Below are positions 40,615-48,890 of a DNA stretch of 64,000 bases, one piece after another (position 1 is the stretch's first letter; each line of letters begins with the position of its first letter). Location of the stretch: assembly GCA_964344235.1 (NCBI GenBank), contig CAYFMJ010000002.1, positions 96,001-160,000 on the forward strand, in the 5' to 3' direction. This DNA comes from an uncultured Methanosarcinales archaeon (lineage in GTDB: Archaea; Nanobdellota; Nanobdellia; Woesearchaeales; GW2011-AR9). The position numbers and the translations under genes were made by a program. The notes beneath the pieces are model-generated. The model was not told the DNA's origin. It was given only the letters and a program-made list of their open reading frames with translations, and searched no databases.

Positions 40615-41034
40615 ATGAAATTCAAACCATTTGAACATAAACTTGTGGCAGTACTGAACAAAAAGATTGAACAAGGTAGCGCAATGAATGCCTTAGCTCA
40701 CCTGGCACTTGGGTTGGGCGGGTGTGTTTCAGATAGAAAGAAGTTGCGCCTTCAGGACTATACTGATGAGGGAAAACATCCTCAAATCTCAGATATACCT
40801 TTTATTGTACTTCGAGCGAAATCTGGACAGATTAGGAATTTACGAAAAATAGCATTGGAACAAGGGTTTGTGTTTACTGACTTTACACACACAATGCTTG
40901 GAGAGACGTATGTTGAACAGCATCAAAGTACTAAACAAACGAAGGAGGAAGATTTAGAGTATTTTGGCATTTGCCTCTTTGGTGAATGGAATAAAGTGTC
41001 TGAACTTACGAAGAAGTTTTCATTATGGAGATGA
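40615..41034 (+). CDS. DUF2000-like protein (peptidyl-tRNA hydrolase II-like fold)
   Basis: KLVAVLNK...AMNALAHL...IPFIVLRA..GQIR...FTDF...LEYFGICLFG...LTKKFSLWR. Confidence 0.75.
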   Translation: MKFKPFEHKLVAVLNKKIEQGSAMNALAHLALGLGGCVSDRKKLRLQDYTDEGKHPQISDIPFIVLRAKSGQIRNLRKIALEQGFVFTDFTHTMLGETYVEQHQSTKQTKEEDLEYFGICLFGEWNKVSELTKKFSLWR

Positions 41035-41037
41035 ACT

Positions 41038-41865
41038 ATGGCTTGTGAATTACACTTTGAGGTTTTGGGATCTGGTTCAGCGATGAATTATGAGTTAGGC
41101 CAGTCGAACTTTCGTTTACGTTATGGTAATAAACAGGTGATTTTTGATCTTGATGCAACTACTCTTAACACAATGGGCAAGAGAGACTTTCCAGGAGAAG
41201 TTGGCTCAATTACTGATGTTGTTATTAGCCATGTGCATGGTGATCATGTAAATGGCTTAGAAAATTTGGGATTTGTTAGTTACAATGTATTCGGAAGGGA
41301 AGGGGATCAAAGACCAACTATCCATGTAGCAACTGAAGCACAATTAGAAGCATTAAAAAGAGCATTCCATGATAAAATGAAAGACCAACAGTACGCTGAC
41401 AATTCTCCAAGGCAAGTTGATTTTGACCATTACTTTGGATCGAGCGTTGGTGGAAGGGTGAGAGTTGAAGGGATGCCAGAGATGTGTTTTCATCTGACGT
41501 TACATGTTCAGGGTATGGAATGTTATGGCTTGTCTGTTCCAAGTCACGGCCTATGGGTTTCAGGAGATAGTCGTGAAGTGAAGGACTTTCCAGAAGGTAC
41601 GGTTTTAGGATTCCGAGATGCAGCTGGTCCTGGGAGTGGTGCGAGAGTTCACGCTGATCTTGATCTTGGTGGTCGGTCTCCGAGAGAAAAAGCAAAGACG
41701 GTGCTTTATGGAGTGGGGGGAAATTGGCGAGATATAGCCCATAAGGCTGAGGCTTTGGGTTTCTTTGGTCTTGCTCTTCCTGGGGAAGTTTATATCTTTG
41801 ATGGAAATGGTAACGTAAAGAGGAGAGGACGTCCGTTTATTCACCAGATGGTTTCTTTGCAATAG
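41038..41865 (+). CDS. Metallo-beta-lactamase-fold hydrolase (RNase Z-like)
   Basis: LGSGSA, ISHVHGDHVNG (HxHxDH), SGDS. Confidence 0.75.
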   Translation: MACELHFEVLGSGSAMNYELGQSNFRLRYGNKQVIFDLDATTLNTMGKRDFPGEVGSITDVVISHVHGDHVNGLENLGFVSYNVFGREGDQRPTIHVATEAQLEALKRAFHDKMKDQQYADNSPRQVDFDHYFGSSVGGRVRVEGMPEMCFHLTLHVQGMECYGLSVPSHGLWVSGDSREVKDFPEGTVLGFRDAAGPGSGARVHADLDLGGRSPREKAKTVLYGVGGNWRDIAHKAEALGFFGLALPGEVYIFDGNGNVKRRGRPFIHQMVSLQ

Positions 41866-41910
41866 TTTGTAACAAAACACTTATAAAATAACTTCTGATT
41901 TGTTGTAGGT

Positions 41911-42309
41911 ATGGAAGAACAAGAAATACAGCAAAAATTTATGCAATTTCAACAGCTACAGCAGCATATTGAACAGATTACTGAACATATCCAGAAACTG
42001 AATCAACAAAATATGGAAATTCAGGAATCAATTACTGCGTTACAGGAGTATTCTAAAGTTGAGGATGGTAGAGAAGTTTTAGCGCCGATTGCTAATGGTA
42101 TTTTTGTTAAGGCGAAAGCAGAAGGGGGGGAGAAGTTATTAGTAAATGTTGGTGCGAATACAGTAGTTGAGAAAACAGTAGAGCAAGTTGTTGGTTTGTT
42201 AGAGGAACAACAGAAGAAAGCACTTACGAAGATTGGTGAAGCAGAGAATTTAGTGGAAGGGTTTCAGAAGCAAACAATGGAGATTTATGAAGAGATTCAG
42301 AAGGCGTGA
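41911..42309 (+). CDS. pfdA: Prefoldin alpha subunit
   Basis: EVLAPIANGIFVKA...LLVNVGANTVVEKT between coiled-coil arms. Confidence 0.9.
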   Translation: MEEQEIQQKFMQFQQLQQHIEQITEHIQKLNQQNMEIQESITALQEYSKVEDGREVLAPIANGIFVKAKAEGGEKLLVNVGANTVVEKTVEQVVGLLEEQQKKALTKIGEAENLVEGFQKQTMEIYEEIQKA

Positions 42310-42311
42310 AG

Positions 42312-43892
42312 ATGTTTGGTAAACTTAAGGATAAGTTAAAAGGGGCGTTGAATGTTTTTTCTAAGAAGACTGAGGAAGAAGCAGTTGATATTCCAGAAGA
42401 AGAGTTAGAGAAGGTAGAAGAAGTTTCTGAAGAAGTACCGGAAGAGAAACCTGAGCCTGTACAGGAAAAAATTCCAACAGCTGAAGATCTTGTTAAAGAA
42501 ACAAAAGAGAAGTTTTCTAAACCCAGGAAAGTTGAGAAGAAAAAAGTTATGGCGCAGGATGTGGTGGATGACAAGCCTGCGAAGAAACCAGTGAAGAATA
42601 TTCCAAAGGAAATTGAGAAAGAGAAGGTTGTTGAAACGGTTGAGGAAACTGTAAAAGAAGAAGAGCCAGTTATTGAAGAAGCGAAAGAGGAGCCTGTTGA
42701 ATCAGAAGAAAAGATTGTTGAAGAGGTAAAGTCTGAGGAGAAAGAAGAGCCTATCACTGAAGAGAAGACCGAGGAACCGAAAGAAGAGTCGTCTGGGTTT
42801 TTTGGAAAAGTAAAATCGTTCTTTGGAAAGAAAGATGAAGAAGTTGAAGAAACAAAAGAAGGTGTTGATAAAGAATTACAGAAAGAATCCACGGAAGAAA
42901 AGCCAGCAGCAGAATCAAAAGAAGTAACGAAATCAGAAGAAACAGCCGAAGAAATCAAAGAAGAAAAAACAGAAGAGCCAGAAGCTGTTGAAGAAGTAAA
43001 AGAGGAAGAACCAGAGAAGAAAGGGTTCTTTGGGAAAGTAAAAGAATCACTAACAACGAAAAAGATTACGGCAGATAAATTTGAGAGTTTATTCTGGGAG
43101 TTAGAAGTTGTATTATTAGAAAATAATGTTTCTGTAGAAGTTATTGAGAAAATTAAAGAGGATTTGAAAGAAGAGTTAGTTGACAAACCACTCCCACGAG
43201 ACGTTCTTGGAAAGATTAACGATACACTACAGAAAACGTTGAATGATATTCTAGAATTTGAAACTGTTGATCTACTCAAAAATATTGAAGCGAAAGAAGG
43301 GCCGTATGTTGTTGCGTTGTTTGGCATTAACGGTGCAGGGAAAACGACTTCAATAGCTAAGTTAACGCATTATCTCAAAGAAAATGGCAAGTCTGTGGTG
43401 TTAGCAGCATGTGATACTTTTAGGGCAGCAGCAATTCAACAATTAGGAGAGCATGCAGAACGATTAGATGTGAAGATGATTAAGCATGATTATGGTTCTG
43501 ATTCAGCGGCAGTTGCGTATGATGCAATTAAGTATGCTGAGAAAAATAATGTTGATGTTGTGTTAATTGATACAGCAGGGAGATTGCATAGTAATACAAA
43601 CTTAATGGCGGAATTGGAGAAGATAATTAGAGTAACGAATCCAGATTTGAAAATTTTTGTTGGCGAATCAATTACAGGAAATGATTGTGTTGAACAAGCG
43701 AGAAAGTTTAATGAGTTAGTGCAGATGGATGGTGCTATTCTAACGAAAGCAGATGTTGATGAGAAAGGGGGAGCACCTCTTTCAATTTCGTATGTGATTG
43801 GAAAGCCGATTTTATTTCTAGGAGTGGGTCAGGAGTATAAAGATTTAGAGAAATTCGACAAAGAGAAGATGTTAACGAGATTAGGGTTTTAA
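42312..43892 (+). CDS. ftsY: SRP receptor FtsY with a long acidic N-terminal region
   Basis: GINGAGKTT, DTFRAAA, DTAGR, TKADVD..GG; about 235 aa of E/K-rich N-terminal sequence. Confidence 0.95.
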   Translation: MFGKLKDKLKGALNVFSKKTEEEAVDIPEEELEKVEEVSEEVPEEKPEPVQEKIPTAEDLVKETKEKFSKPRKVEKKKVMAQDVVDDKPAKKPVKNIPKEIEKEKVVETVEETVKEEEPVIEEAKEEPVESEEKIVEEVKSEEKEEPITEEKTEEPKEESSGFFGKVKSFFGKKDEEVEETKEGVDKELQKESTEEKPAAESKEVTKSEETAEEIKEEKTEEPEAVEEVKEEEPEKKGFFGKVKESLTTKKITADKFESLFWELEVVLLENNVSVEVIEKIKEDLKEELVDKPLPRDVLGKINDTLQKTLNDILEFETVDLLKNIEAKEGPYVVALFGINGAGKTTSIAKLTHYLKENGKSVVLAACDTFRAAAIQQLGEHAERLDVKMIKHDYGSDSAAVAYDAIKYAEKNNVDVVLIDTAGRLHSNTNLMAELEKIIRVTNPDLKIFVGESITGNDCVEQARKFNELVQMDGAILTKADVDEKGGAPLSISYVIGKPILFLGVGQEYKDLEKFDKEKMLTRLGF

Positions 43893-45244
43893 GCTGCTTC
43901 TTTGAAGAATTGGTCATAGATTTGACTCACAGCTTCATATCCTCGGTCTCTATCTACTGTAAGAACAAGACAGGGGCTGTTAAAACCCTTCTGATGAGCT
44001 CTCACTTTTATGTTTGCGTCATCTAAGTGTAGAAGTGTGTTTGCGATGTCTCTTTGACTTAGACCCTGGCCAGCTACTACAATGACTCCCACATCATCAA
44101 TAACTCTGACTGCGTCTTCAGGAAGGTACCCTTCATGTCCCCTGCGAACTTGGTCTAGGATTCTGTGCTTAACTCTTGTAACTTCATTAACGCCAGATAA
44201 CTCCTCGCGGTCAAAAACAAATGATGTGTCATCAACGCCCGAGAAAGCAAATTGTAGTGACCTGTCTTCTCTTTCTTCATTTTGGTATCTAGCTGCATCT
44301 AACACTCTTCTAACAACTCCTGCACTATCGTTTAAGCCAAAAGCGCTATTGTGATATACAACTAAGTCCTCTCGGTATCCAATCCCAACGACAGGATGTC
44401 CTGGCTTTGATAATCTATCGCTTACTACATAGGTGCCTTCTTCAGGGAATTGATTTGTTCCTCTTATGTGAACGGGGATTGGTGTTCCTTCTAATGGTGT
44501 GATTGCTTCTGGGTTGATGATTTCCATTCCGGAATAAGAAAGAATTCTCATCTCTAAACGAGTTATCTCTCTGACTATATCCGTTCCCGCTAATATCTTC
44601 GGGTGAACGACACGTAGTGGGCCGTCTGTAAAGTTTTCATAAACATCAACATCAAGGCCTCGTGAAATAACTCCGCCGCTTTTGTCTGATCCTCCGAAAG
44701 TGAATGTGGCCAGTTCTCCACCAATTCCTCCATAAAAGCCAGGGAAGACGAGTGTCGCTTTTTCATCTCTTAATCTTGCAAGTCTTTCGTAGGTCTCTGA
44801 GGTTACTCTTGCTTTATCAAAAGAACCCCCCAACACGAGGAATTCAAGTGGGTCGATAAATTGACCGTCAATTTCTTCTGCAAATAATCGTGCTTGCCAT
44901 TCTTCTCCGAACGCTTTGAGTGCAGCTAAATACCTCGCTTCTGGAAGTTTACTTTCGAAACGTTCTGTTAAAGACTGTTTAACTCTATCCGCACTTCCAG
45001 GGTAGATTTCTTCATAACGGCCAACGATTTTGTTGATGGTTATTCTCGCTGCAGCACTGTCTGATCTTTCCCCTGCTAATCTAACAAGAAGTTTTGTGAC
45101 TCTGATATCGTCATCATAACGGCTCCCAGGTGCGGAGAGAACAACGTATTGAATGCCTCCCTCGCTCATAACCTCTGCAACTTTTAATATTTTTTTTCTT
45201 GTTGCGGTTGAAGTTCCACCGAATTTAGCGAGTTTCCGTGTCAT
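43889..45244 (-). CDS. Aspartate kinase-family protein
   Basis: KFGGTS, VVLSAPG, GGSDKSG, DVYENFTD, YSGMEIINP; C-terminal ACT-like region. Confidence 0.8.
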   Translation of the reverse strand: MTRKLAKFGGTSTATRKKILKVAEVMSEGGIQYVVLSAPGSRYDDDIRVTKLLVRLAGERSDSAAARITINKIVGRYEEIYPGSADRVKQSLTERFESKLPEARYLAALKAFGEEWQARLFAEEIDGQFIDPLEFLVLGGSFDKARVTSETYERLARLRDEKATLVFPGFYGGIGGELATFTFGGSDKSGGVISRGLDVDVYENFTDGPLRVVHPKILAGTDIVREITRLEMRILSYSGMEIINPEAITPLEGTPIPVHIRGTNQFPEEGTYVVSDRLSKPGHPVVGIGYREDLVVYHNSAFGLNDSAGVVRRVLDAARYQNEEREDRSLQFAFSGVDDTSFVFDREELSGVNEVTRVKHRILDQVRRGHEGYLPEDAVRVIDDVGVIVVAGQGLSQRDIANTLLHLDDANIKVRAHQKGFNSPCLVLTVDRDRGYEAVSQIYDQFFKEAA

Positions 45245-45270
45245 TTTGTGTCAGTTTACGTTATTCTTAT

Positions 45271-46041
45271 TTAAACTTGTTTTCTGTAACGTGGTTCTGG
45301 TTGGTTAGTGGCTGTTTTCTGAGCTTCGAATCTTTCGTATGCATCTCCAAGCCAAAGGATTAATTCCACTCCCATTGGTGCTCTGGAATCAACTCCGTAT
45401 GTTGCTTGAAGATATTCGAAGCAGTCTTGGCTTGGTTTCTTGAATACGGGACAACCTCTTGCTTTACCGTGACCAAGTCTCTTGGCAACTTCCATGTCTA
45501 AGCCTTTTGGCGAATCCCTATCAATTAAATCTATGTCAACAGGGTCCATATATGTTGGGCCTTCCATAACTCCAATAGCAGCTTTTGTTGCTCCGAGATG
45601 AGACAAACTTACATGTCCAAGGGTGGCTGTGGCCGTTAGATATTTTCTGGGTTCGCGAGCGTAGGTTTCTTTGAGTTTTAATGCCACTCTAACTGCAGTG
45701 AGGAGCCCTTTTTCCCCTATTGTTCTCAAAGTTGGAAACCCATGGGGAACTGCAACACGGCAATATGGGGAGGTTCGTACAACCAAGTCTACTTCTCGTA
45801 TTTTTTTATCAACGTATGTGGCGTGGTCTTGTTTGGTTATGAATTTCCACCAGGTCTGCACCATAGATGCTTCTAAAATTTCTCTTAGGCTTGTTCTGCT
45901 TTCTTTTGGAATTGGTTCCTGGCCGTTAACTGCAAGTTTATGTTCTTCCCACCAAATTCTAAATACATCGGTTAAACCTTGTTCATATGCTCTAAACCCA
46001 GCGGTTTGTTGTGTTGCGATGCTTGCATCGATTGAACCCAT
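45271..46041 (-). CDS. Hypothetical protein
   Basis: 256-aa ORF with TTTAAATA upstream; no motif recognised. Confidence 0.6.
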   Translation of the reverse strand: MGSIDASIATQQTAGFRAYEQGLTDVFRIWWEEHKLAVNGQEPIPKESRTSLREILEASMVQTWWKFITKQDHATYVDKKIREVDLVVRTSPYCRVAVPHGFPTLRTIGEKGLLTAVRVALKLKETYAREPRKYLTATATLGHVSLSHLGATKAAIGVMEGPTYMDPVDIDLIDRDSPKGLDMEVAKRLGHGKARGCPVFKKPSQDCFEYLQATYGVDSRAPMGVELILWLGDAYERFEAQKTATNQPEPRYRKQV

Positions 46042-46114
46042 TTTTGCTTCAAATTGGCTTCTATTTAAATCACTATTGGTTAGTGGTGGCCGTATTCTCT
46101 ATTTTTAGAAAATC

Positions 46115-46122
46115 TTTAAATA
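46115..46122 (+). promoter_or_regulatory. TATA box in front of the truncated methylthiotransferase 5' copy
   Basis: TTTAAATA with A-rich BRE-like sequence, 22 nt before the ATG at 46144 (leaderless-type spacing). Confidence 0.55.
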
Positions 46123-46143
46123 TACACTCTTTAGCAAGCCATT

Positions 46144-46239
46144 ATGACATCATTTTATATCCATACGTATGGTTGCTCAGCGAATGTGGCGGACTCTGAA
46201 CAGATGAAGACCCACTCCCCACCGGTCAAGTCCGGATAA
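46144..46239 (+). pseudogene. Truncated 5' remnant of the tRNA methylthiotransferase gene
   Basis: Encodes MTSFYIHTYGCSANVADSEQM plus 10 unrelated codons and a stop. This matches the N-terminus MTNVYFFTQGCSANVADSEQM of the intact gene at 47230. Confidence 0.85.
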
Positions 46240-47292
46240 AGTATATAAACAATTTCTTAGAATATTTTTGTTCATCAAAGGGGTTGAGATGAACAAAAAA
46301 TATCACTTCGAAATTGAACAAATTCTTGAGCTAGCAGATTTGTATGAGCTGGGAGTTCCTTTGAGAACCATTGCAAAAATTCATGGAATGAACTCTGCTA
46401 CTCTTTGGCATAGACTCAAAAAGTATGAAGAACAAGAATTATTTCAGTTTAGGTCACGCTCTGAAACAGTCTTAATGACCTTGTCGAAGAGTAGAACTAG
46501 CCCAAAAGGAGAAAAAACCAAGCGAGTTAAGGATTGGTTTAAGAATTTTGGAAGAGAAGGGATACTAGATATTCTTACTGTGTTTCTTCTTGTTGAAGCC
46601 TCAGCTGATTATAAGTATGGAATGATAAGACTGACTAATTCTGATGAAACACTACTTCAAATATTTACAGACATACTCTTATTACTTAACTTGGAACCAA
46701 GACAAACAATCGATTCGAGAAATAATTTGCGAGTTGTTTTTAGTAGGAATTCTAGAACTCGGAAAGTGTTAGATGAAATTTATGTAAGAACTCCCACTAC
46801 CAAACACCAACCACGGAGGGGCACCGAAAATTGGGAAATGTATTTGAAGACAACGCAACCCAATTTGCTTTGGTTGTATGGTCGATCGAGAAAATTAATT
46901 GAACTGTGTTTTCGAATCGCAATGTCCTGTGATGGTTCCGTTTTTAGGAGCAGGGGTATTAAGCATCTCCCCGATAGACCACAATTAACCCTAGTCTGTT
47001 TTCATCCGCTATTACTTTTACAATGGAAAGAGATAGCTAGCCTAATTGGACTCAACATGAATATCTCGGGGAAAAGAATTCGATCCAGGAGTATCGAAAC
47101 TTCACGCAAATTTTTAAAAATGGGTGCCTTTTTAGAAGGTGTGAGGATATCCTCCAAAGGATCAAAACAATTTCGGGGAATAGAGAAAAATACCCGGTTG
47201 AATGATTTATTGAATACATATGATTTAAGATGACAAATGTATATTTTTTTACACAGGGATGTAGTGCTAATGTTGCTGACTCAGAACAGATG
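46207..47292 (+). mobile_element. Free-standing homing-endonuclease element carrying a replacement 5' end of its target gene
   Basis: Bounded by the duplicated junction GACTC(T/A)GAACAGATG. Contains its own TATA (TATATAAA 46242-49), the LAGLIDADG ORF and the recoded codons 1-21 of the target gene. Confidence 0.7.
46289..47233 (+). CDS. LAGLIDADG-family endonuclease with an N-terminal HTH
   Basis: HTH GVPLRTIAKIHGMNSATLWHRL; degenerate motif 1 LTVFLLVEAS followed by IRLTNSDETLL; motif 2 CFRIAMSCDGSV. The stop overlaps the start of the next gene (ATGA). Confidence 0.75.
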   Translation: MNKKYHFEIEQILELADLYELGVPLRTIAKIHGMNSATLWHRLKKYEEQELFQFRSRSETVLMTLSKSRTSPKGEKTKRVKDWFKNFGREGILDILTVFLLVEASADYKYGMIRLTNSDETLLQIFTDILLLLNLEPRQTIDSRNNLRVVFSRNSRTRKVLDEIYVRTPTTKHQPRRGTENWEMYLKTTQPNLLWLYGRSRKLIELCFRIAMSCDGSVFRSRGIKHLPDRPQLTLVCFHPLLLLQWKEIASLIGLNMNISGKRIRSRSIETSRKFLKMGAFLEGVRISSKGSKQFRGIEKNTRLNDLLNTYDLR

Positions 47293-48510
47293 GCAGGATT
47301 ACTGGAGCAAGCTAAATTTAGCATAGTTAACAGAATTCAAGAAGCACATGTTATTGTTATGAATTCGTGTTCAGTTAAATCACCTTCTGAATCTATGTTT
47401 TTCAAAACTTTGGAACAATTTAAGCAAGAACATCCGCATAAATTAATTGTGGTGGCTGGATGTATCCCAGAGGCTGATCCACGGAAGTTTAAAGAGTATT
47501 CAGTTGTTGGTACACAAAGCATTCATCATATCGTGCAGGTAGTGGAAGAAACACTGAATGATAATGTTTTACAGATTCTAGGAAATGAAGAAGTGCCACC
47601 ATTGGATATGCCGAAAGTGCGAAAGAATCCTGTTGTAGAAATTATTCCAATTAATAGAGGTTGTTTGGGAGCATGTACATTTTGTAAAACGAAACAAGCA
47701 CGGGGGAATTTGATCTCTTACTCTGTTGATGAAATAGTTGATGTTGCTCAAAAAGCGTTATCAGAAGGAGTGAAAGAGATTTGGTTAACTTCACAGGATA
47801 CATTTTGTTACGGTTTTGATATTGGGACAGATATTGTGGAGTTGCTCAATGAGTTGGTTAAGTTAGATGGTGATTTCTTTATTCGTGTGGGAATGGGTAA
47901 CCCAGATCATATGCCGAAAGTGCAGGAGGGGTTAATTGAGGTGTATAAACATCCGAAGATTTTCAAGTTTTTGCATTTACCATTACAAGCAGGTCATAAT
48001 TATACTCTGCAGCAGATGCGTCGGAGGTATACAGTGCAGCAATTTAGAGATACAGTCGATGCATTTAGGAAAGCGATTCCTGAAATTAATTTGATGACTG
48101 ATATTATTGTGGGGTATCCAACAGAAAATGAAGATCATTTCTGGGGAACGTTGCAAGCTGTTAGACGAGTAACGCCAGATTCAATTAATATTTCACGGTT
48201 CTGGCCACGGCCAGGTACGCCTGCTGCTGAATTAAAACCGTTAGATGGTGGAGAGGTAAAGAAACGATCAACAGTGATAACAGATATTTTTCATAATATA
48301 TCTACCCTGCAAAATGAACGATGGAAAGGTTGGGAAGGTTCTGTGTTAATTGATGAGAAAGGAAAGGATGGTCAATGGATTGGTCGGAATTATTGTTATA
48401 AACCAGTGATTGTTGAAGGGGATTTTAATTTAGGTGATTCAGTTAAAGTTCGGATTGTGAAAACTGGATTATTTGATTTACGGGGGGAAGTAGTGAATGG
48501 TACAGCGTGA
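47230..48510 (+). CDS. mtaB: tRNA t6A methylthiotransferase (MtaB/CDKAL1-like radical SAM enzyme)
   Basis: GCSAN...NSCSVK...VAGC MTTase domain, GCLGACTFC radical-SAM motif, C-terminal TRAM domain. Confidence 0.9.
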   Translation: MTNVYFFTQGCSANVADSEQMAGLLEQAKFSIVNRIQEAHVIVMNSCSVKSPSESMFFKTLEQFKQEHPHKLIVVAGCIPEADPRKFKEYSVVGTQSIHHIVQVVEETLNDNVLQILGNEEVPPLDMPKVRKNPVVEIIPINRGCLGACTFCKTKQARGNLISYSVDEIVDVAQKALSEGVKEIWLTSQDTFCYGFDIGTDIVELLNELVKLDGDFFIRVGMGNPDHMPKVQEGLIEVYKHPKIFKFLHLPLQAGHNYTLQQMRRRYTVQQFRDTVDAFRKAIPEINLMTDIIVGYPTENEDHFWGTLQAVRRVTPDSINISRFWPRPGTPAAELKPLDGGEVKKRSTVITDIFHNISTLQNERWKGWEGSVLIDEKGKDGQWIGRNYCYKPVIVEGDFNLGDSVKVRIVKTGLFDLRGEVVNGTA

Positions 48511-48551
48511 TGAAGCGAGATTATCTCTTGATGATACTGTAGGGGCTCCCA

Positions 48552-48848
48552 GTGTTGAGAACTCTTTCAACAAGGAAAGCTAAATGGGGTTTTGCTCTTA
48601 CAACTATGGTTGCTGCATTTTATGTAGGAGATTCAAATCCAGATGTTGTTTCATTACCTCAAAATGCTTGGGAATATTTGCTTGCTGGCGTTCCTGCCGT
48701 TGGTACTGTGATTTCGTCTGGACTTGTAAATGGTCGCTATGCTTCACGCCAGGATTTTGAAACAATGTTTTCGGAAGGTCTTGCAAAAGGAACGAAATTA
48801 GCAGTTTTTAGTGCAATGCTTGGTTATGCCGCTGGATCTTTCTTCTAA
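48552..48848 (+). CDS. Small hypothetical membrane protein
   Basis: Three hydrophobic segments. Confidence 0.5.
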   Translation: MLRTLSTRKAKWGFALTTMVAAFYVGDSNPDVVSLPQNAWEYLLAGVPAVGTVISSGLVNGRYASRQDFETMFSEGLAKGTKLAVFSAMLGYAAGSFF

Positions 48849-48890
48849 TTATTCGAAACTATTAAAAATCACTTTCATTCTATCTGTGAA

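Noticed and set aside
42224-43327. 367-aa Ser/Phe-rich antisense ORF
   Set aside because: It is a shadow of the low-complexity Glu/Lys-rich ftsY N-terminus (GAA codons read as TTC).
46222-46235. CCGG-TCAAGT-CCGG, resembling a tRNA T-arm at the element's left end
   Set aside because: The loop is one nt short and no other tRNA parts are present; it is too short to support.
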